This document shows, in pieces, positions 8,459-15,659 of a stretch of DNA of 36,672 nucleotides; the first letter of the stretch is position 1; each line of letters opens with the position of its first letter. Both the position numbers and the translations under genes were made by a program. This stretch comes from an uncultured Clostridia bacterium (GTDB lineage Bacteria > Bacillota > DTU025): assembly GCA_964471415.1 (NCBI GenBank), contig CAYYHF010000002.1, forward strand, positions 1 through 36,672, given 5' to 3'. Below the pieces are notes generated by a model. That model did no database searches and was not told where the DNA came from. It was given only the letters and a program-made list of their open reading frames with translations.

Positions 8459-9760
8459 TTGCTTAAGCTGCGCGGAGTGGGGGATGCGCCCGAGCTGTCG
8501 CGCATTTCGAAGGCGTTCCGCGCCTACGCGAATCGTCCTTGGGCATACTGGATAGCCCAGCGCGTGGTGGACTGGATGGAGCTTCGCAGCCACAAGCCCT
8601 ACCAGATCAGCGCCGTCCGCTGTATTATGCACGATTTCCGCGCGGGTTACGCCAGCTTCGGCAAGGTGCCATGCATATACACGAGCGCGTTCGTCCCGAC
8701 CGAGTTAGTGTACGGGCTTGGGGCTGTGCCGTTCCTGCCAGAGGCGGGCGCGGGCTATGCCGCGGCTTTCGGATTTGCCTCCGACAGTCTTGCTGCCAGC
8801 GAGTCCCGGTGGTACTCGGCGGACCTGTGCAGTTTTCATAGAGCCAGCATCGGCGCCTACGCTCTCGGGTTGACTCCGAAGCCGTGCGCCGTGATAGTCT
8901 CATCTCATCTGTGCGATGGCGGCAAGAAGTCCTTGCAACAGATGGCGCAGGATGCGGGATGCCCGTTTTACATTCTCGATGTTCCCTACGATGAGTCGGA
9001 TCGGGGTGAACGTTGGTTGGCCGCGCAAGTGGAAGCGGTGGCGGACGATCTGCTGGCCCGGACGCCGATACTGTCTGCTGAACACATGCCCGGCGCAGTG
9101 AAGGCCTCCAACGAGGCAATGGAGATGTATCGGGAGGTGTGCGCCGCGCGGCGTCATTCGCCTGCGCCGTGGCGGGGCGCTGAGGCCCTGAACTACGTGG
9201 CGCTGTTCATGTGGGCATGGGGCAGTCCGTGGCTTGTCCGGTTCTACAGCGACCTCGCCCGGCACATCGCGGAAGTCGTGGAGCGCGGGGAGTATCCAGT
9301 GGCGAATGAGCGCCATCGGCTGTTGTGGCTCAACCTGAGGCCTTACTACAGAACGAGCTTGCTGGACTACATCGAGAAGGAGTGCGGCGCATCGATTGCA
9401 TTTGAGGAATACTCCTGGCCTTACTGGGATGGCCTCGACGAGCGAAACCCCTACCGGAGCATTGCGCGCAAGATGATCTCGCATTTCGGATGGGGGCCGA
9501 TCCAGCGCCGGCTGGCGGCTGTGGATCGTATGATCGACGACTACTCCATCGATGGGGTTGTGCAGTTTGCACAGTGGGGATGTAGGCAGTCCAACGGGGG
9601 AGCGGCCATACTCGGGGCGCATCTGGCAAAAAGGGGTATTCCTTTTCTCAACTTGAGCGGCGATGGAGTCGACATCGGAAACAGCGGAGAGGCGCAGGCA
9701 GTGACGAGGCTGGGCGCCTTCGTAGAGCTGTTGGATGCGCGAGCGGCCGCAAGGCCGTAG
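8459..9760 (+). CDS. 2-hydroxyacyl-CoA dehydratase-family subunit (second component)
   Basis: TSAFVPTELVYGLGAVPFLPE and VVQFAQWGCRQSNGGAAILGAHLAKRGIPFLNLSGDGVD. The TTG start at 8459 follows GGTGGAGAGG. Confidence 0.75.
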   Translation: MLKLRGVGDAPELSRISKAFRAYANRPWAYWIAQRVVDWMELRSHKPYQISAVRCIMHDFRAGYASFGKVPCIYTSAFVPTELVYGLGAVPFLPEAGAGYAAAFGFASDSLAASESRWYSADLCSFHRASIGAYALGLTPKPCAVIVSSHLCDGGKKSLQQMAQDAGCPFYILDVPYDESDRGERWLAAQVEAVADDLLARTPILSAEHMPGAVKASNEAMEMYREVCAARRHSPAPWRGAEALNYVALFMWAWGSPWLVRFYSDLARHIAEVVERGEYPVANERHRLLWLNLRPYYRTSLLDYIEKECGASIAFEEYSWPYWDGLDERNPYRSIARKMISHFGWGPIQRRLAAVDRMIDDYSIDGVVQFAQWGCRQSNGGAAILGAHLAKRGIPFLNLSGDGVDIGNSGEAQAVTRLGAFVELLDARAAARP

Positions 9761-9785
9761 AGCGTGGGAAAGCGAGGTAGGGCGA

Positions 9786-10637
9786 TTGCGCAATGGGACC
9801 GGAATACACAGTGCAGGTGTGGATGTGGGGTCAACGACAACCAAGGCCGTAGTGTGCAAAGATGGGCGTCTTGTTGCGCGTTGGGCGATGCCCACCGGCG
9901 TCGATCAGCGCTGCACAGCGCAGGAATGCCTGGACCTGGCCTTGTCGGTTCTTCCGGATCGGCCGCGCGTTGGGTACCTGGTGGCCACCGGCTACGGCAG
10001 ATCTCAGGTCGAGGGCGCTCAGCGGGTGGTAACTGAGATCACCTGCCATGCCAGGGGCGCGCGGACACTGGCCGAGTCGGCTCGCCTGGTAGTGGACATC
10101 GGAGGACAGGATTCCAAGGTGATTCGCCTGGACGATGACGGGATGGTGGCCGACTTCGTCATGAACGACAAGTGCGCTGCCGGGACAGGTCGATTCCTGG
10201 AGGTCATGTCGGATCGGCTCGGGGTATCGCTGGACGACTTCGGCAGCATGTGGCGGCGCGCGCGCGAACCTGCCCGTATCTCGTCAACGTGTACCGTGTT
10301 TGCCGAGTCGGAAGTAGTGAGCCTCCTGTCGCAGGGAGTGGGTTTGGAACCCATAATCCGCGGACTGTGCGATGCGGTCGCCGACCGTCTGGCGGGAATG
10401 GTGCGACGTATGGGATTGGTGCACGATGTGGTGATGACCGGCGGGGTCAGCCAGAATGAGGGCGTGCGGCTGTCGCTTGAGCGGAAGCTGGGTACAAAGG
10501 CGATTGTTCCTGATATATCGCAGTTCGCCGGGGCTTTCGGCGCGGCTGTGATCGCGTGGGAATCGCTGAGGAAGTGTGAAGATGTGGAGACGAATGCCGC
10601 TGCGAATGGTCTGCGCGTGTGTGCTGGCGGGGACTGA
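9786..10637 (+). CDS. BcrAD/BadFG-type ATPase (CoA-substrate-specific enzyme activase)
   Basis: GVDVGSTTTKAVV, EITCHARGA, VVDIGGQDSKVI and NDKCAAGTGRFLEVM motifs. The start is uncertain: TTG 9786 follows a GAGG, while ATG 9735 would overlap the upstream gene. Confidence 0.85.
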   Translation: MRNGTGIHSAGVDVGSTTTKAVVCKDGRLVARWAMPTGVDQRCTAQECLDLALSVLPDRPRVGYLVATGYGRSQVEGAQRVVTEITCHARGARTLAESARLVVDIGGQDSKVIRLDDDGMVADFVMNDKCAAGTGRFLEVMSDRLGVSLDDFGSMWRRAREPARISSTCTVFAESEVVSLLSQGVGLEPIIRGLCDAVADRLAGMVRRMGLVHDVVMTGGVSQNEGVRLSLERKLGTKAIVPDISQFAGAFGAAVIAWESLRKCEDVETNAAANGLRVCAGGD

Positions 10638-10685
10638 CCAGGAACGATGACAGGACACAGGATAACGCGGGATGGTGGATGAGCT

Positions 10686-10985
10686 ATGAGTGATGCGAAC
10701 AGACGAAATGCCGCGGCATGCGAATGCGGCAAGCCCATTACCGAATTGATCGAAGAAGGCTTCGAGACGTTGGTCGATGGCTACATTGTGTGCAGCGTAT
10801 GCGGACGGCGAATGGATCTGGGCGATGAATCCGGAGGGGTTCTGGGCGAAGTGCTCAGCGCTGCCCTGGACGATTTTCAGGACGGCATCAAGAAGATTGT
10901 CGACGATTTCAGGCCGGATCCCGACAGAGCCGGGCGCGATTGCGCCTGCCACGGAGGGTGTGAAAGCGCAGACGTGCTGCGCTGA
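10686..10985 (+). CDS. Small acidic Cys-rich hypothetical protein, possibly metal-binding
   Basis: CxC...CxxC...CxCxxxC spacing. The composition is coding-like. It has the same orientation as the dehydratase module and lies just downstream of it. I recognise no family. Confidence 0.45.
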   Translation: MSDANRRNAAACECGKPITELIEEGFETLVDGYIVCSVCGRRMDLGDESGGVLGEVLSAALDDFQDGIKKIVDDFRPDPDRAGRDCACHGGCESADVLR

Positions 10986-10987
10986 TC

Positions 10988-11248
10988 TCATGCCTCCGGC
11001 GGCCGGTCTTGATCGGGCCGGTCCTCCTGAGCCTTGTCGAGCAACCGCCGCAGCAGGCTCTGAACGCGATCTCGGGCAGCTTCCGTCTCCGACTGGCTGA
11101 CCTCGATGGCTACTTTGAGTATGTCGCCTTCATTGCACTCCGGGGGCAGGTCGACTAGGGGCCAGAGAATGGCGCGTTCCTCGTCCGGTCGTACCAGCAG
11201 CACTGCTGTACCCTCTTCGATGCGGTCGATGGTCAGGAGCAGCTCCAT
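10988..11248 (-). CDS. DUF3006-like small protein
   Basis: MELLLTIDRIEEGTAVLLV...EGDILKV pattern. It lies downstream of an MBL/ComEC-type hydrolase, which is the usual partner. ATG 11248 is preceded by AGAGAGG. Confidence 0.6.
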   Translation of the reverse strand: MELLLTIDRIEEGTAVLLVRPDEERAILWPLVDLPPECNEGDILKVAIEVSQSETEAARDRVQSLLRRLLDKAQEDRPDQDRPPEA

Positions 11249-11312
11249 ACAACACACCTCTCTTCAGTCTGTCGCGTCTGGCTCATTGCGTCTCACCCTC
11301 TGCGGCCGCTTC

Positions 11313-12449
11313 TTACGGCTGACAGACTCTACACGGGCGGTAGCCTGCGTTTTCTGCCTGAAGACGACTGCCAAACACCACGGTCCGAGTGGGGTCGATT
11401 CTTTGGGCGTTGTCGCACCAGGGGAAATGGAACACATTCGACGCGGAGCTTCCGAGATAGCCGGCTCCGCGTCTCTGCATGGTCGCAGACCATATCCCGC
11501 GGTTGCCCGTTAGCCTCACTGTTACTTCGCCGTGTAGGTCCGTTCTGTAGGTGAGCGCCTGGTTGAGAATGAGCCTGGCCAGAGTCTCTTTGTGCGGGTG
11601 GCCGTAGCTGTTGCCGGCGCCGCACTGTATCACAGCCACACGCGGCTTAACTTGGCGCAGAAATTCCGGGATGGTGGACCGGCGCGAACCGTGATGAGCC
11701 GCCTTCAGCAGCACGATGCGGCTGAGCACGCGCTGTTCCGCCAGATACTGCTCTACGTCTGGGCCGATATCGCCGGTCAAGAGCGCAGACGATTCGCCAT
11801 AGTCGATGCGCAATACGACAGATGCATCGTTGACGTCCTCGGCGAGAGCGCCGGCAGGCCAGAGAATCCTCACAGTGGCAATGCCCAGCCGGAACCAGTC
11901 GTTGGCCCGCCCCAGCGAGAACGGGATGCCCTTTTGGTCGATTGCCGTTAAGTATCTTTCGTAAGCGGCTGAGGTGTGAACCTTTCCCGAATCGACAACG
12001 CGCCCTACCGGGACGGCGTCAAGCACGTCCACCAGGCCGCCGATATGGTCTTCATGGGGATGCGTCGACACCACAACGTCAAGGCGTTCTACGCCTAGCT
12101 CGGCTAGGCGAGCCACAACGCCCGGGCCGGCGGCGCAGGTTCCTCCATCGACCAGCATGTGATGGCCATCGGACGTGCTTACCAGTATGGCATCGCCTTG
12201 CCCGACATCGAGGAACACAAACGAAACCGCGCCCTCCGCGTTGGCGTTCGCGTCCCGGCCCCCGCCCCCGCCCGTCCCTGCTCCTTCGCCTGCCGCGAAA
12301 CTTGCGAAGACGAACATGCATGCGATGCACATGGTGAGCGCCACCAGAGCCAGGCGCAACCGCAGACGCAGAGCCTGGCGTGGCGACAGACCCGACAATA
12401 CCGGGCTGATGGGCGCGCGTTTGATTGGATCTCGTTTGATCGTTTTCAT
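11313..12449 (-). CDS. Membrane-anchored MBL-fold metallo-hydrolase (ComEC C-terminal-domain type) with a C-terminal Cys-rich metal-binding tail
   Basis: N-terminal TM, then FLDVGQGDAILV, THPHEDHIGG and AAHHGS motifs. The C-terminus is FHFPWC...YRPCRVC. Confidence 0.8.
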   Translation of the reverse strand: MKTIKRDPIKRAPISPVLSGLSPRQALRLRLRLALVALTMCIACMFVFASFAAGEGAGTGGGGGRDANANAEGAVSFVFLDVGQGDAILVSTSDGHHMLVDGGTCAAGPGVVARLAELGVERLDVVVSTHPHEDHIGGLVDVLDAVPVGRVVDSGKVHTSAAYERYLTAIDQKGIPFSLGRANDWFRLGIATVRILWPAGALAEDVNDASVVLRIDYGESSALLTGDIGPDVEQYLAEQRVLSRIVLLKAAHHGSRRSTIPEFLRQVKPRVAVIQCGAGNSYGHPHKETLARLILNQALTYRTDLHGEVTVRLTGNRGIWSATMQRRGAGYLGSSASNVFHFPWCDNAQRIDPTRTVVFGSRLQAENAGYRPCRVCQP

Positions 12450-13045
12450 ACATGGAGTATTCTGCGGCGGGCATCGCGAGTCCTGCAGAGTGGGCGTTCG
12501 GACGCCGGCGGCGAAACTCTCGTTTTCGGGGCCGAAATCGCATGGGGCGGGCGCGCGGATGGAGGTAGAAATGGAAGTAGAGAAGGTTGGCTATGCCGTG
12601 GCATAGCCCTCCTTTCTTCCCTTCGTCGTTCGACTTCGGGTCACGGTGCCAAATCGGATGCGGCTGGGGCGCGGGCTGTGGGGACAGGGCTGGTGCGCTG
12701 GACGTGGGCACGGGAATGGGCTGTTGCTCTGGCTGCCGAAACCGATGGATGGTAATATGTACACAAAGTGCTGCGGACACAACCGGAGTGCGCGGGGCGG
12801 GCCCAGGCTGGAGCCGGTGGCGGGGTGGGCCCGGAGGGGAAGGAGTCGCGGGCGGTGGGTGTGGGCGGAGTGTGGCGAGGGTGTCTGAGCGGGGGCGAGG
12901 CTGGCATTGCTGGAGAGGGCAGGTCAGATGCCGAGGATAAGGGTTTGGGCGCGGGGTATGGGGCGGACAACGGTTTCAGCAAGGGCGTAGGCTAGGATAA
13001 GGCCTGAGCGGGGATCGCGGCCGCGGCCGAGGGCGAGGGCGAGGT

Positions 13046-13444
13046 GTGGCGAGGTTGGAGGGAGATGCGCACTACTGGCGGGGTGAGGCGTATGAGGCGC
13101 TAGCTGCTGCTGAGGTCATGCTGGATAACTGTCGATACCTGGAGTGCGGTTTCTTTTGTCATCTGGCGATGGAGAAAATGCTCAAGGCCCTGGTTGCCCA
13201 GCGAACGCGCCGTACGCCTCCGCGGATGCATGGTCTGTGGCGCCTGGCTGAAATGGCTAAGGTTGAGGATGACTTCACTGCGGCGCAGGTGGATACGGTT
13301 GCTGATCTCTCTGTGTTTCAAGTGGAGGGACGTTATCCCACTGACAGGAAGGCGCTGCTTGACGCCAACCCTCCGGAGAGGTTCAAGGATCTGTACGACA
13401 GAACAAAGGAGGTGCTGTCATGCCTGAACTCTCACCTGAAGTAG
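13046..13444 (+). CDS. HEPN-domain protein, the toxin-type partner of the MNT
   Basis: Helical HEPN pattern (FFCHLAMEKMLKALV ... H.L ... EGRYP). The gene overlaps the downstream nucleotidyltransferase gene by 25 nt. GTG start, exact start uncertain. Confidence 0.75.
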   Translation: MARLEGDAHYWRGEAYEALAAAEVMLDNCRYLECGFFCHLAMEKMLKALVAQRTRRTPPRMHGLWRLAEMAKVEDDFTAAQVDTVADLSVFQVEGRYPTDRKALLDANPPERFKDLYDRTKEVLSCLNSHLK

Positions 13445-13767
13445 CTGAGGCGGTAGGCACCTTCATTCGGGAGCTGCAGACCAGAATCCCTGTCGATCGG
13501 GTGATTCTGTTCGGGTCCTATGCCCACGGCGAAGCCGTTGACGAGAGCGATATCGACATCGCGGTGGTGTCGTCGGCCTTCGGCGGCAATGCCTGGGATG
13601 ATAGGCGCCTTCTATTTGATACGCTCATTGCGGCGCGACTGGATTCGCGTCTGGAACCACATCCGCTTTCGATTCGCGATTACGAAAGGCCTTCTAGCTG
13701 GGTGAGAACCGAGATACTCGACAAGGGGATCGTTGTGTTCGCAACAGATGGCTATCCCGTGGAGTAG
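13420..13767 (+). CDS. Minimal nucleotidyltransferase (MNT, NTP_transf_2)
   Basis: ILFGSYAHGEAVDESDIDIAVV is the classic GS...DxD polymerase-beta-type NTase motif. Confidence 0.85.
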   Translation: MPELSPEVAEAVGTFIRELQTRIPVDRVILFGSYAHGEAVDESDIDIAVVSSAFGGNAWDDRRLLFDTLIAARLDSRLEPHPLSIRDYERPSSWVRTEILDKGIVVFATDGYPVE

Positions 13768-13818
13768 CGGGCGAGCGGAAGTTGGGCCGATGTATCACTG
13801 TATCACTGCCAAAGGAAA

Positions 13819-13838
13819 GGCCCCGCGGCGGCGGGGCC
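13819..13838. terminator. Bidirectional intrinsic terminator between convergent genes
   Basis: GGCCCCGC-GGCG-GCGGGGCC forms a perfect 8-bp GC stem. The plus strand continues with a T-rich run (TTGTTCTCCTTGTCTTCTTTCTT) and the minus strand with TTTCCTTTGG. Confidence 0.6.
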
Positions 13839-13900
13839 CACATGTTGTTCTCCTTGTCTTCTTTCTTGCGCAATCCCGTTCGGTACGCCGTTTATCCGCT

Positions 13901-15463
13901 TCATCCTTTGTAGGGGAAATTGCGAATAAGCACTATCGGTGTTCCGGCATCGGCTGAACCTGCGGCCAGGTCGGCCATGGTGGCCAGAATGCCGGTGATT
14001 CTGCGCGGAGTGGTGCCCAGATTGTCGCGGGACGGGGCCCGCGTGGCGATCTCGTCGGCGATCTTCTTGGCGATCTCTTCGCGCGAAGAACCCTGTCTGA
14101 ACATGGTCTCGACGAGCAGTTTGAGTTTCGTCCCCTGCCGGAGCGATGCTTTTCGCAGGCCGGCGCTGCAACCTATGGACGGGTATGGGTCTGCAAGCTC
14201 GTAGATACCTGTGTCGGGATCTTTGTAGGCGCCATCGCCGAAGATCAGGACCTCGATGTCCTTGCCCGTTGCCTCCATGACCCGATCCTTGATGGTATCG
14301 CACACATCGTCAGCATTGTCGGGCAGTAGTTTCAGCACCCCGGCTTCGAGGTCCGACACATTGGATCCGATCACTCCCCACGGCGCGGGGCCGATGTCTT
14401 TCACTGTCAGCATCGGCGTCTTGGTGCCGAAGGAGAGGAAGAGGTTCTTCAATGATTCACGTTCGTGCACTGCGCCGATGATTATCCCATCGATATGGCC
14501 GTAGTTGAACACCGCCAACGGATTGTTGGTGTAGAGTATTTCGCATTTTGCGCCTTCGGCCTCGATGGCCTTGGCGTACATGCGCGCGTAGTCGATTCCG
14601 GTGATGGGATGAGGGAAGACCCTGTCGGCGATTTCTCCTAGCGTAATCACGTCCCGCGCATCATACAGAGCTAGCCTGTCGCTGTACGGGTAGACGTGCG
14701 GTTTGGCCGTTCCCTCCAGGAACTCGGCAGCGTCCACGATCGCGATCTCCCGGGTCTGCAGGTCCACAGCGGCGACGAGAGCCGCATCGGCCTCGCTGTC
14801 GTGGGCTATTCGGAGGACCTTTTCCGCTGTCGCCGGCATGTCTTCAAAAGTGACCTCCACAACAACGTGCCGATCCTGCGGGTCGTGCAGGGTTATGTCG
14901 GCAATGCCCTTTCCGGTGATCTTGCGTATGGCCGTCACGGTGAACCCCAGCTCCTGAAACTTCAGGGCAGCTAGAATCTCCCTTATCAGTACGTTCATCT
15001 GAGGAGTATTTCCTCGCACCTCAAGTAGGCTTCCGAGAGTTCTCTTCAGACGAAACCGGCTGCTGGCAAAGTCTTCATCCATTACCTGGTTGCCCACTTC
15101 ATCGTAAGGCACGCTCAGCTGGACGACGACTTTCCCGCGCCGGACGGCTCGGGCAATCGCCGACAGGACCAGCGCAAAGCGGTTTCGGCTCACGATGGGA
15201 CTTATCACCGCCAAAGTGTCCTCTTCGTCCACGGACAGCTTGGACCTGAGGTCGTCCACCAGCTCGTCCACGGTCACGTAGCGGTTTTGCGACCGAGCGA
15301 CAACAGCCTCTGTGACGCACACTATATCGCCGTCTTGGACAGTCTGCTTAACAGTGTCGAGCGTAATCTCTACTATGTCGTCGGTTGGCATGATCAAGCC
15401 GGTCTTCAGTCCAACCAGAGCGACTCCTGCATGCTGAGGTAGGTCGAAACTCACGGGACTCAC
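13901..15463 (-). CDS. CofE-like (F420-0:gamma-glutamyl ligase fold, PF01996-type) protein with a large internal insertion
   Basis: DGDIVCVTEAVVARSQ near the N-terminus. In the C-terminal third, GVIGSNVS, LLPDNADD, IEVLIFGDGAYKDPDTG and LGTTPR...GSADAGTPIVLIR resemble the CofE motifs. The start is GTG 15463 or GTG 15454. Confidence 0.55.
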   Translation of the reverse strand: MSPVSFDLPQHAGVALVGLKTGLIMPTDDIVEITLDTVKQTVQDGDIVCVTEAVVARSQNRYVTVDELVDDLRSKLSVDEEDTLAVISPIVSRNRFALVLSAIARAVRRGKVVVQLSVPYDEVGNQVMDEDFASSRFRLKRTLGSLLEVRGNTPQMNVLIREILAALKFQELGFTVTAIRKITGKGIADITLHDPQDRHVVVEVTFEDMPATAEKVLRIAHDSEADAALVAAVDLQTREIAIVDAAEFLEGTAKPHVYPYSDRLALYDARDVITLGEIADRVFPHPITGIDYARMYAKAIEAEGAKCEILYTNNPLAVFNYGHIDGIIIGAVHERESLKNLFLSFGTKTPMLTVKDIGPAPWGVIGSNVSDLEAGVLKLLPDNADDVCDTIKDRVMEATGKDIEVLIFGDGAYKDPDTGIYELADPYPSIGCSAGLRKASLRQGTKLKLLVETMFRQGSSREEIAKKIADEIATRAPSRDNLGTTPRRITGILATMADLAAGSADAGTPIVLIRNFPYKG

Positions 15464-15501
15464 TTCCCTTCAGTGGGGCTTGTGTGCACACAACAACCTT
15501 G

Positions 15502-15530
15502 ATTATCGCACATGCGCACGTGGACCGCAA
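15502..15530 (-). promoter_or_regulatory. Candidate sigma-A promoter for the CofE-like gene
   Basis: Minus strand reads TTGCGG (15530-15525), a 17-nt spacer, then TGcGATAAT, an extended -10 (hexamer 15507-15502). It lies about 40 nt upstream of the start codon. Confidence 0.4.
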
Positions 15531-15659
15531 CCCAGGAATTGACACCCAGGGCCCGGCATCCAGGGACGGATCAGGAATTGACCGGACGCTGTCGGGGAAC
15601 TACCTGAACGCTACCGAGATCTGCCCGCATTATCCATCGTCAGCTTCGCCATCGGCGCT

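Noticed and set aside
12641-12982. 113-aa Pro-rich ORF on the minus strand (TTG start) and several Gly/Arg/Trp-rich plus-strand ORFs (12587..12940, 12646..12888, 12768..12995)
   Set aside because: The amino-acid composition simply mirrors the extreme G/C strand skew. There is no SD and no domain-like sequence. Only the 12768 frame is mentioned, as a speculative possibility, in the findings.
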